Assembly (NCBI GenBank): GCA_051362555.1
Contig: CM120643.1
Coordinates: 10,230,001-10,294,000, forward strand
Reading direction: 5' to 3'
DNA length: 64,000 bases
Source: Lingula anatina
Lineage: Eukaryota; Animalia; Brachiopoda
Part shown: positions 48,839-60,675 of the stretch, piece after piece
Position numbering within the stretch: the first letter of the stretch is position 1
Layout of the letters: each line of letters starts with the position of its first letter
Notes under the pieces: generated by a model
The model's input: the letters and a program-made list of their open reading frames with translations, nothing else
What the model was told of the DNA's origin: nothing
Databases searched by the model: none
Program-made: the position numbers and the translations under genes

Positions 48839-51158
48839 ATGGCGAGCAACTCGTACAAAGGTAATGTCACAGGATTTTATTCTTAACAAAATATTTGGTT
48901 ACCTTTTTTACCTGAAGCGATGCCACATGAGTTAACAGTTGTTTAGATACGAAACAATGCCCATTTAGATCTTCATAACGAGTGTATTTGATGATAGATT
49001 ATAATATATATTTTATCATGAATGATATGACAGCACATCTTTTCCTAGTAGGCTAAAGTTTAACCAAATGAAGTAGTTCTTTCGAAACTAGGTAATTTTT
49101 ACTTCTGGCAGAACGGTGTTTTCCGATTCAGATGCCTTCTTCTTTCTTGTAATTGCTGATTTACAGGGGCTTATCATTTCATATAATAAACTGAAGTTTT
49201 CTTTACAGTTTCCAAAGTTAGAGTTTCAGAATTATTAGCACACCTAAAATATATGGAAAAAAAGCATATACAATACATTTCTTAAAGTGACATGATGATG
49301 TTTAAGCTACAATGTGCAGTTTTGCTTTATAAACAGATTTACAGACCACTGAAGTTATCATATTTAAAATAAGTTAAAACAGATTTGGGAAAATGAATCT
49401 TTCTTGAGTAGACTACTGTTGTAATGATATTTCAGGCTCAGTGAAAAAAGTTAAGTCTCTTCAAAAGCAAATAACCTTCATTTTATTGTTTTCGTTCAAG
49501 AAAAAAATTAAATGGGGTAAAAAAAAAACTTGCATTCGTTCTCAAATGCACAATATAACTCACAATATTCATTTTTGTCTTCCAGTTCCTAGAAATTTCC
49601 AGCTACTACGTGAGTTAGAAGAGGCGGAAAAAGGATGTGGTGATGGAAGCATAAGCTGGGGACTGCTTCATGCAGATGACATGCAGTTGAACTGCTGGTC
49701 ATGTCTGATTATAGGTCCCCCAGGAGTAAGCACGTTTTTGATCATCTGATAATTAATTGAGCACTGAATTTTTCAACTTTCATTAGTAGTAGTACGTTTG
49801 CGGGTTCTTTAAACAAAATTCTGACAGAAATCTCTCCAGTATGCACAATTGCACATAGTTATGAAATACTGTGCAAATTTGATAAGATAAGTAGAAGAGG
49901 TCGGAAAGGGGTAAAATAAAAAATGTTTTTTCAAAATCATGACTTTTTGTCACTATGATAAAAGAAAACATTTCAAACAACATTTTCTTCCTTATATCAA
50001 TATCACAGCAGCATGTAACAGCACTGCTAATTTTTCTAATTCTTGCACTTTATTTTTAACTCCAGCAGAGTTTGAGAAACAAGTTATCAAAAAATGCCTT
50101 CCTCAGTAAAAAAAGTATTATTAACGTATACAGTGTCAGATTTACATCGATATATTTGACATAATTTTATTTATCTTCCAGACTAATTTTGAAAATAGAG
50201 TGTACACTTTGATTTTGGAATGTGGTGTCAATTACCCTATCGAGCCACCTTCTGCCAAATTTGTAACAAAAATACGAATGAAGGAGGTCAATGACCAGAC
50301 TGGAGTGGTGAGTGTTTTATGAGCAAGGCTTTATCTTAAGAAGAAAGTCACTTTCTGAGGCTTCAAAATGACTAACAATAATTTCTAGTCATTTGTAGTC
50401 ATTTTGATGTGCATTTTGATGACATCATGGGTTAATAAGAAAACCAGGGAGTTGTCATCACTCTGCTGTACCATGCGTTACAATTGATCTACACTTGCAA
50501 AAAAAGAAAGTTTTGATGTTAGATATCCAGCACTAAACCCCTATAAGTCAAGATGCATAGTGACTTCAGTATTTTTACAATGCGTACTGTGTAAAAACTA
50601 TGATCCTAAAACCTACTATTACTTTGATCAATCCCCTACAGACCAGGGTACTATGAAAAAAACGAAGTGGAGGATGGAAGGGGGAGAGAATGTGCACCTG
50701 TTGTAACCTGCTCCTTCCCATCATTGTATTTTTTTTCACAGCATGCGGACAAAAAATTTGCAAGTTAATATGAAATATTGAATGACAAAGACGAGTTGTA
50801 TATAGAGAATGATTAAACATAGAAGACTATCATGAAAAATTACAGGGATTTTCCCCAACTAAATGGATTAACATAATTTATTACCCTGAGTTGTATTTGA
50901 TTCCCAGAAATTTTTTTTAAAATAATTTTTGACTTCCTAAATTTCAAATCAGGTTATTAACACCATAATTTGAAATCAAATGTTTTTCACATTGTTTTTT
51001 CTTTCTTTTTTCAGGTGGATCTAAGGCTATTGCATATGCAGTCTCGGAGTAACAGTTCCCCTTATTCTATAAATGGAGTTTTGCAAGAGATACGCAACGC
51101 AATGACTTCTAAAGAAAACCGTAAACTTTCTCAGCCCCCAGAGGGCAGCTCGTTCTAA
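48839..51158 (+). CDS. UBE2V: Ubiquitin-conjugating enzyme E2 variant (MMS2/UEV1 family), 143 aa
   Basis: Exons 48839-48860, 49586-49725, 50182-50307, 51015-51158. Signature motifs [52 protein letters not shown]. Confidence 0.93.
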
Positions 51159-53266
51159 AGATATTACAAGAAAAGCCCACCATTGATGTCCTGAAACACA
51201 TAGCCTATACATACCTAGGGGCTTATGCTAAGAATTTTTTTTTTTTTTTTTTTTTTTGTCATTGACTAAAATGATTTGACGTAACCAAAGAAAAGGAGAC
51301 TGTGTTGGTATATGTCACAATTTTGTCAATGCTTCGCCTCAAATGTTTGATAAGGACTGTAAAGCATCATGATGCTGAAAAGAATTATGCTAGTGTGAGC
51401 CTATGTATATGGAAATATACATACATGCATGTGCACACTTGCATATACATCTGCAGACATTGACATGCATTGAATACATGTTAGTGTTTCACGTGGCATA
51501 TTATTGAGCCGTTCATTACAATTATGATACTGGTAATGAAGATGTCAATTTTTTTTAAATATATACAGCAAATGATTTGCTTACAACTGTGAGCTTCAAG
51601 TTGTCCAAAGTTGATTTTTACTCACAGAATTTAAGGGCATGTTCAAACTGTGACACTCACATAATGAGAAAGAACTGATACATACACACATACATATATT
51701 AAAGAAATATATCAAATTCAGATTTTTGTTCTGTTACCCCACCCACCCACCACCCAAACCCCCTTTCTTCCAACATGATTTTTATCCTCTTAACTTCAAT
51801 TTAGACAGAAACATTGGTCTTACAGAGTAATAAATCTGAAAGACGAACTATTGAGTATCTTAGCTTGTGATTACTCAAATCGATGCAGCACAATTTCATG
51901 TGCAACTAGTGCATGATATGCTTCTTGATGGACTGTTATTGGATCCAAGAAGGATTTTTTTTTTAATTTTTCTCTTGTATTATCGCTCTTCTGTTATGAT
52001 GGTGGGCTGGAAAAGGACAATTTGTTACTTTTAGGGAGGACAGCGGCATATCTCCCAGCTTTGTGAAAAGTGCTCCACCTTTAATCCAGTTAAGTGATTG
52101 TAAAACTTTGAGAAAAAGAATAAAAATTGCAAATAGGTGATATGATGAGACAGTACACACAGAATATAAAGTTGTTGATTATAAGTTGTATCTGTTTTAG
52201 AACTCACCATACAATTGTGCAAATGTGAAAAGTCTCATCTAATAAAATATGCCAAACAAGGAAAAGAGAAGAAATCTGTTATATTTACAGGTTCACTTCT
52301 GTAAGTCCACTATTTTCAGATTTTCAAGTAGAGTTGATTCATACATTGAAGTCTTGAGCGTAAAATTCAAGTATTCTGTCTTTTATGTAAAGTGGTCATT
52401 GCATCTTGTTAAAGGCCCTGGATTATTTTCTAAAGGGATATTGTGATTGGTTAGGACAGTAAAACTTAAATGTGCCAGGCCCACTATGTTTGTAATACAA
52501 ATTTAATAAGAAGAAAGTGATAGGTACTCGCAGAGATGGCACTGAAATTAGTAAAACTGAATGAAATTGTAAAATTACTCTAGAAAACCTGTTTGAAAGT
52601 ATCTGGTTCATTTTTCATTTAGGAAGGAATAAAGAAAAGTAAATCCATGTTGGTTTGGAGTATTTTGCACCAGTGATTTGCCTCCTATAGCTTTCATAAT
52701 TTGTTAGTGTCTCACTTTTTGTGTATGTAAAAGAAAAACATTGCATACCAGTGACGGGAACGCTGATTAAATTTGAACAGCATTTGAAAAAAAATTTTGA
52801 AAATGTTCATGATTTAAGTGAATCAAATGAACCTAGTAGCTTCTAAGAAGAAATTTTGGTTGATGCTAAATACAGGTACATAATGTAAATATATAAAGCT
52901 TAGATTAAACTGGATATGCTGTACCAAAGACCATTGCTGATTAAAATGTAAATTTGTCTTGTCTGTTGGTAATACATCAAAAAATATAAACAACTTCTTG
53001 TCATGGTAATTACTTGCTACATATATATTATGAATACGGAAAATTCTGTGTAATTTAAATCCATGTCCTAAAAGCATGCAACCTCCAATACATCAGTTGT
53101 GACGTAAGTGTAGACTATGGCTCATCTTGCACATGTTACTCTTTCCAAAAGGAGACTGAAAACGGTGCCAGGCTTTTAAGCTCTTTGACAATAAGTTGTA
53201 CTGAAAAATGAATGAAACCACATCACTGCGCAATTTTAACGCACCGTAAGCACTTGAACTATAGAA

Positions 53267-55918
53267 ATGACCATCTACAGGATAGTGACCGCAGAACTGG
53301 AGCCATCTGTTTTAAAAAAGGTGAGCTATGCTGATGCGTTGATCACTAAAGCCGAGTCCGAATTTGGACTGCAACGTGAAAGGGTCACCAAAGCTAAGGG
53401 TGACCCTAATGTGGACGCAAAAGAATGGACGTGGTCAGTTCATGGCACATGGGATGCAATTAAAACGCTGCATGATTCACTAGAAGATGCATACCAGAAA
53501 ACGGTGAAAACCGAATGTGTAGAGCTGGAAGAGATGCACACCAGTGACCCCTTTTCAGATGGCAATGAAACAAATAATGGTTCAACTGCTAAGGAAGATG
53601 ATAGGCGTTATAAATCAGATCGAGATGATGATGATGAAGAAGGAGATCTAAATGTAGATGAAGATACAGACCATGAGTTTTTGCCTGATTCCTGTAGTCA
53701 GGCAGATGAAGAGAACAACAAAAGCAGTGAAACAGTGAATACCTCCTGCTCAGCAGCCCATGAATATACAAGGGATGAAGAGGGTGCAGATGCGGAGAAG
53801 ATTTCTGATCCTGAGGTAAATAAAACCTTGAGAGAAGATTCATCTACCCAACCTGCCTCTGTGAAAAGTGTGCCCAGATCTGCACAGCACAGAAAAGCAG
53901 TGCATCCACAGAAATTGCTGCAACGAAGAAAGAGGGGTCGTCCAAGAAAGACGGAGAGAATAGAAGTGGTAGAGGAGTATGGAATGAGAGGAGATTCTCA
54001 TGAGGGAAACGGTGTAACTATAAAGACTGAAACCTCACCAGAAAGTGACCAAACAGCAAACAACCCACCCCAAAATGATGAGTCTCTTGTTCTTGAAAAG
54101 ACCTTCAAATGTAACATATGTGAGCATGAATCTCTAGAACTCCGGCAGTATGTGGCTCATTTAATTGATGTTCATGTCACCAAAAAGTGGAAGTGCCCCC
54201 TGTGTAGTAAAAATGCATTTGATAAATTCATGCTCCAAAAACATCTTCCAAAACACTCAGCTGTTCTCTATCCTTGTAACAAATGTGGAAAAGCGTACAA
54301 GAGAGAGGAGTACCTGCGTGTTCACAGGTGCAAGCCAGACAGAAAGAAAAGTAAATTTACCTGCACAGTTTGCTATAAGAAATTCATGACCAGCCAGTCC
54401 CTTTCTACCCATTTTGAGAGGATACATGCAGGGGCTGTAAAAAGTGAGGATGAGGAAGATGATGAGGATGAAATTAACATTGAAGAAGATGACAAGAAAG
54501 ATAAAGACTTTAAAGTTAGGAAAAGTTCTTCCTCTGTTATTTCAAAGATGGATCAAAAGAAAAGAATTGATGAGGATGATTTTATGAAGTCGCATTACAC
54601 CATCAAGAATGGAACTTTTCAATGCAAAACATGTAATTTTAAAACAGACTATCAGAGAAATGTGATCATTCACGTTAAGAGGAAACACCTCCCTAAAAGC
54701 ATCTATTGCCCCCATTGCTCTCAAACATTTGGTGTTGCACATGATCTTACAGAGCATGTCCAGAGAAAACACAGTGGGAAAGTCCATCTGTGTGAAACTT
54801 GCGGAAAGTCATACGGATCTGAAATTGGCTTGAAAAAGCATATGGAGAGACACGATCCTAATTTTATACCTGAGCGGTTTCCCTGTGACCAGTGCGACAA
54901 AGACTTCTTTTCAAAAACTGCTTTGTCGTTTCACAAGGATAAAATCCACCGAAATCTGAACATGAAGAGACATCAGTGTGAAGAGTGTGGGCGTGCGTAC
55001 CACCATAAGCATTCGTTGGAGGAACACAAGCTTACACACAGGGGTGAAAAACGCTTCCACTGTCCCCAGTGCTTCAAGAGTTTCACATACAAGTCGTCAA
55101 AGAAAAAACACATACAGATGGTCCACATGACAACGGAGTTAAAGTTCTCATGCGAAGTGTGTGGAACTAAGGTGAAATCTGAGAGTGCGTTACGAATGCA
55201 CATGACTATTCACTCCACAGTGCGTCCGCATGCATGTTCAGAGTGCGGAAAACGTTTCACTCAAAAACAGGCCATGTTGCGACACAAGCGTATCCACACA
55301 GGTGAAAAACCATACGTTTGCCATTTTTGTAACAAGCGCTTTAGTGACACCTCAATATTACGCAGACACTTGTTTGTTCACAAGAAAGACCCTTATATAC
55401 AGGGCCTTGAAAGCACAGACAGCCCTGAGGTGCAAAGTACTTCATCTAGTCATGTTGCCTATGCAAACATTTATTATGACCAAGTGTGCCCAGTGTCGGA
55501 AAACATTCACAATATGCAGAGTATGACAAATGAGAACATGTCCAGTTCTTACACCACCATTGGTCAAGCCAACGCCAGTGGTCATCCTCGGACCCCGCCC
55601 TTGCAGATGCCTTCAGTTAGTCTTGCCCCCCCTTTGCCGTCACATCTCAGCTCAGTCCAACAGTTGCAAGCAACTCTGCAGACAGCTGTCAATCTTGCCC
55701 ATCTCCATGCCACAGTGCCTGTCAGTCTGACTGGTATCGATGGGGATGCTCCGCCCATTACAGAATCCAGCCCACCTCCCCAATATATCCCTCCCCCTGG
55801 GGTCCATAACATCCTGAACACACAGTCTGAGGGGATGCCCCACCCTCCACAGGAGATCTGGTCAAACAATGGTTATACATACTGCCTGCCCCCTGGTGGT
55901 GAATCTGGACATGTTTAG
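53267..55918 (+). CDS. C2H2 zinc-finger transcription factor (13 fingers, AT-hook, KH-like N-terminus), intronless CDS, 883 aa
   Basis: Long ORF; 12 C2H2 plus 1 C2HC finger in clusters of 4 and 9; TGEKPY linker; AT-hook KRGRPRK; acidic linkers; Pro-rich C-terminus. Confidence 0.95.
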   Translation: MTIYRIVTAELEPSVLKKVSYADALITKAESEFGLQRERVTKAKGDPNVDAKEWTWSVHGTWDAIKTLHDSLEDAYQKTVKTECVELEEMHTSDPFSDGNETNNGSTAKEDDRRYKSDRDDDDEEGDLNVDEDTDHEFLPDSCSQADEENNKSSETVNTSCSAAHEYTRDEEGADAEKISDPEVNKTLREDSSTQPASVKSVPRSAQHRKAVHPQKLLQRRKRGRPRKTERIEVVEEYGMRGDSHEGNGVTIKTETSPESDQTANNPPQNDESLVLEKTFKCNICEHESLELRQYVAHLIDVHVTKKWKCPLCSKNAFDKFMLQKHLPKHSAVLYPCNKCGKAYKREEYLRVHRCKPDRKKSKFTCTVCYKKFMTSQSLSTHFERIHAGAVKSEDEEDDEDEINIEEDDKKDKDFKVRKSSSSVISKMDQKKRIDEDDFMKSHYTIKNGTFQCKTCNFKTDYQRNVIIHVKRKHLPKSIYCPHCSQTFGVAHDLTEHVQRKHSGKVHLCETCGKSYGSEIGLKKHMERHDPNFIPERFPCDQCDKDFFSKTALSFHKDKIHRNLNMKRHQCEECGRAYHHKHSLEEHKLTHRGEKRFHCPQCFKSFTYKSSKKKHIQMVHMTTELKFSCEVCGTKVKSESALRMHMTIHSTVRPHACSECGKRFTQKQAMLRHKRIHTGEKPYVCHFCNKRFSDTSILRRHLFVHKKDPYIQGLESTDSPEVQSTSSSHVAYANIYYDQVCPVSENIHNMQSMTNENMSSSYTTIGQANASGHPRTPPLQMPSVSLAPPLPSHLSSVQQLQATLQTAVNLAHLHATVPVSLTGIDGDAPPITESSPPPQYIPPPGVHNILNTQSEGMPHPPQEIWSNNGYTYCLPPGGESGHV

Positions 55919-57756
55919 TGGAGCAGATAGATGACTGCAATTTTCTAGATGAAGATAGTGAAGCCAAAACTATACAATGTTCTTTTCTTTTAATAAAAAA
56001 GGTATATGCGATTTACATTACACTTTTACAATATTAATTTTACAGAAAATTACATTTGATTATTCTCATTGCATATTTTATATTTTGCTTTAAGAAATTC
56101 TATTAACACTTGTTTTTATACAAAAATTGGTCAAAATCTGACTCTCTGGTGGACATTGTCATAAATATGTAGTTCATCATGTTCAGTTATTTGTTTTATC
56201 TTGGGGTATTTTAAACCATTGATGCTCTTTCACTAGATTTTGAATCACTTGTAATTGCAAATGAGTGTTGCATTATTACCATGAAATTTTGATAGTATGT
56301 TGGTGAACACACTCCATAACAATATCCAGTTAACAAATTTGACTACGTATCACTCGCACATTTCAAGCTAAGTCCCTAATCTCTGTATTTTGGTTATCAA
56401 AATGTGTCAGTTTTGGTGACTTATCAAAGTACTTTCTGTCATGAACATTTGCTTCCTGAAACATCAGAATAATATTTTTCGGGTATTGGGAACAAAATAA
56501 TGTTTTTTCATTGGTAAAATTGATATGTGCATGTATTTGCTTTGATGTTATTGCTAAAGAGTAATTTGATTTGCATGTTTATATACTCATTATATATACA
56601 GTATATATGTAAAGAGAGAGATTGGGCTAAAACTGTGCTTTACACTTGCCCTGTTTTGCTTGAATATGTGTTATTTATAAATATAGTAGTGGTATGTAAT
56701 GAGCTCATGGGGGTGAGTTTATAGCTAGTTATTCATTAATATCATGTATCAATTGTACAAAGAGAAGTATTATATACTGATGTAGTGTGTAATTTTTGAA
56801 CTGAATGTATGATAATTATTCAATGATTTTAGATATGTCATTTATACCAGTATTTAATATTTTCATAATTATTATTTTGACCAATTCACTGAGGTTTTTT
56901 TTTTTATGCCATAACCTCTCCCTCCCCCCACTTAGGCTTTAGATTTTCAGATATATTTTCATGAATATCAAAAAATACTTTCTTGGATATAGCCATCTAA
57001 TAGTTTGAATTAACTGAGTGATTACATTGCATTTTGATTGGTAAGGCAATAAGCTTTGTTTTTGAAATCTTGGCAACTAAACTTGATGTATATATCTAGC
57101 AGACATGAGCACAGTCAGGTAATGTTTATGTAAAATGTTGTGCATAGGCTTTTTTTTCTAAAGTATTTTTAAACAGAGGTTTAATTCTTCCTGGTTTTAA
57201 TAAGTCTGTTGGTAACTTTGGGAAATGAATTTGTTGAAATTATTGGTATGATGATTTCATATACAATATTATACATATCACGTGTATTGTACATGGCATG
57301 CCGACATTATCCCCCAGAAAGCAACAAGAAAACGATAAATTTACACTCACAACATGTCTACGACTGGTTCAATCTTAATGAAAGAAGGGGGTAAAGGCCA
57401 TACGGGGCTGATTGTTTCATTATGTAAGAATGGGGTGAAGATGTTTGAAGGCATCATAGAGGTTGATATTATGTTTTAATGACACCAGGATGTCAATATA
57501 TTTAGTTTTATCACATGGCAAATCCCCAATTATAACATAGAATTCTATGCCAATAATATAATAACAATTTATATTGTTTATTCCCTCTGCAAAAAGAATT
57601 TTTAAGGTGGCAACATTGCTTTTGTTAGTAGATTAGTTGTATTTAACGTAATTTTCATGTAGATTATGACACTAGTAAAATGTATATGCTTTTCATTTAA
57701 TGCTTAGACTTGTTGATATAATCTCATCGAGATCAATGCTTTTAAAAAGAATCATT

Positions 57757-57976
57757 GTTATCAGTTTGTCACATAGTGATTTGTGGACATAAACATAACG
57801 TGAAAAACAACAGAAAAGGAAGATAAAAACTGGTGTTGTAAAGACAATTCTTTTTTACTTCAAATTGCCTGCATGTGAATAATAAACATTTAAGGGATAA
57901 CAGCTGTTCATTCCTGGGATAAACAACATGTTGTATGTTTATGTCCACAAATCACTACATGTGACAAACTGATAAC
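57757..57976. mobile_element. MITE with about 42-bp TIR
   Basis: GTTATCAGTTTGTCACAT..AGTGATTTGTGGACATAAACATA and its reverse complement ending at 57976. Confidence 0.8.
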
Positions 57977-57978
57977 TA

Positions 57979-58142
57979 CAGGGGTGGGGTGGGGGTGAGG
58001 GTCAAAAGAACTGCCCTTTTTGCCAGGAAAAGGCCCTTTCTGGGTAAAATTTTTATCTACATACACCAAGGTTTCATGGTAAAAGGTCCATTTTTTTTTT
58101 AGAAAAAGAACCCCCCTTTTGAAATTGCTGGCTACGGGCCTG
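57979..58142. mobile_element. hAT-like MITE family A, copy 4 (reverse orientation, one TIR eroded)
   Basis: Right end CTGGCTACGGGCCTG intact; left end CAGGGG; 5-bp TSD AACTA on both flanks. Confidence 0.8.
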
Positions 58143-58358
58143 AACTACAAATTCACGAGTTGATCCAAACAAAACCAAAGGTGATGTTGATGTTGATTTC
58201 TTCTCCCAGAGTAGTCTAGCAAATTGTTGTGATTGCGGTTGTTGCGACAAACGCAATCTTTTTGCGCCTCCATTTACTGCGGGATTGCATTGGTGTACAC
58301 GCGAAAGTGGTCGTACTGTGGCAGCTGCTACGCACAGGCTTTAATTTCTAACACAAAC

Positions 58359-60675
58359 ATGCCGGTAAGTTTATAAAGACCACCTCATACTTACCATACG
58401 TAGTTCTCCTCTATCTGTTAAAAAGGTTTTATAAAATAATCGAAGAAAGAGGGGCGTATCAGTACAAATTCTCTGCCAAAATGATGGCTCTAACAAGACA
58501 ACAGCAGACGATTTACATTTGCATTTTCGATTAAAACTAAAGCAGACCTGCAGGTAAATGAAAATAAGCACTAAAATTGTTCTATTTGAAAAAAACTAAG
58601 AAAAGAAATTTGTGAACTGGAAAAGCCTACGTGTTCATGCCCGGAAAAACCCTGCAAATTATTCGGGAACGGGATACAATGTTGTCCACAGTCCAGCACA
58701 ACAGTACTCGACAGTTAAACACAATGTTCAGAATAAATGCTTATTCTTGTTGCAACAATGTCTCAAACCCTTACCTCTGGACAAAGAATAATTTCAATTT
58801 GTGTATCTGGTTGCAGCATATGGCCAAGTCCTATATTCATTTATTTTTCCAGCCCAAAGGAAAGCAAGGCACCAAGGGCCAAAAACAAATTGATGAGGAG
58901 AATAAAGCAACCCTCAAGTTTTATGGCTATATTATATTAGGAGTGTCTGTAAGTAAATAACCTTTTCTCCCCTTTTTCTATCTTTTGTTTCTTCCAATAC
59001 ATACACCGTCACACACTAATACACTCACACTAAATATATGTCTCTCTATCACTCTCTCTCTCTCTCAGCATTAATTGTAATAACCAGCTTTTAAGAAAGG
59101 TGCATGTAATTCAGCAATATTGGTCTTATTGTTTAAAAGCTTAAAACAGAAACAATTGCCATAATTGCAATGAATCGAAAAAGTGCCAATTAATATCATA
59201 CTTTATTTCAAACTTTATTTTAAATGCTATTTATAATAACTTTTTTACAGGCAGTATACATGTTGTTAACCTTCTTATTGTTCTGGGACTCATTTACAAC
59301 AATGTACTGGGTAAGTTTCAAGCAAGAGAGTATTTTCTTAGAAATGGTGTCTTTGTTGAGAAAAATCTTTGAAAGATAAATTCTTAAAGAGGTTTGATGT
59401 GTTGAAGTACTATTGCTTTGGTTGATTAATGTATCAAGGAAAATTTTGATATGACCATAGAAGCAAAAAAATACAAACTTATCTAATGTTTGAATTTAAG
59501 ACTATATATTGTGCAACCTTGAGAAAATGTGTTTTTATTTGTGATACAAGGTTTTGATTTATTGTAATACACTTCATATTAATATATAATTATATATTTA
59601 TATATTTCAGCTTACAGAATTATTATAGTTGTTTTTTTACCTTTCACAGGTGTTAACAATATTAACATTAATAGTGTATGGTGGCAGCTATCAGTTTATG
59701 TCCAGTATGATGAAGTCATCTTTAGATTTAAACATGGAGCAAGGCATGGCAGAGTGAGTACATGTTGCTCAGGTAAACCATTAGGTAAACTAAGAGTGAA
59801 AGACTTTTAATTAGCATAAATGAGGAGGAAGCAATGTCATCATAGTCATAGCTTTGCAGGTCTGAGAAAATAGACTCAAGCAAATTTGTGCGAGTAAGAG
59901 TTATTACATATCCACCTAATAAATAATTTCATTGTGTTTTGGTATGAAATATGCTTTAGGTAGAAGAAATATGTGAACACAAAAATTTTTTTCGAGCATT
60001 TTCTTTACTTTTAATTTGTAACATTGCTGGCACCTCAGCCAGTATATCATGCCCTGTTGTAATTTGAATTTAAAATCTGTTTCTTTTTTTTTTCAGACAT
60101 ATTAAAGACCTTATACTTCTCACTGCTATTACACAGAGCCTGTCTTTAATATCTAATTATTTTTGGTTGCTATGGTTACTGGTAAGTGACATCTCAAAAT
60201 CAACTTGTGGCACATTCAGTGTCTCAGGGACTGAACTTTTTGTAGATCAAATTGAAAATGGTAACTGAGATATTTGTGAAAGTTTGAAAAGGCAAAACTT
60301 GCATCTGATTTTACTCATTGAAGGTTAACTTAAAGCTGCTATATTTTTCTGTCTCTTCATCTTGAAGGTCTCAGTTTGTGCACATTACACATTGTGTTAA
60401 TCACTCTCTTTATTCAAGTAAAGTTCTTTGCCATATCATATACATATATAATATGTTATTGTTGATTACAAACTTGAAAAGAACATATGTTGGTATGAAT
60501 GTAAGATGCTTGGAATTTACGGGTGACTGTATCGTGTCCTTTTCAGGCCCCTGGACGTGCCCTATACATGCTGTGGGTGAACATATTAGGTCCATGGATA
60601 TTTGCAGAAGCACCCGAAGAGCCTGATGAGAAGAAAACCAAGAAAATGGAAAGAAAAATGAAGAGAATGCACTGA
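58359..60675 (+). CDS. TMEM208: Transmembrane protein 208 (SND2), 159 aa
   Basis: Exons 58359-58364, 58853-58948, 59251-59310, 59650-59753, 60097-60181, 60547-60675 (480 nt). MPPKGKQGTKGQKQIDEENKATLKFY...[19 protein letters not shown]...APGRALYMLWVNILGPW matches the family. Confidence 0.95.

Noticed and set aside
53589-55967. Overlapping and antisense short ORFs in the zinc-finger gene
   Set aside because: Shadow frames of a long coding exon with no recognisable motifs.
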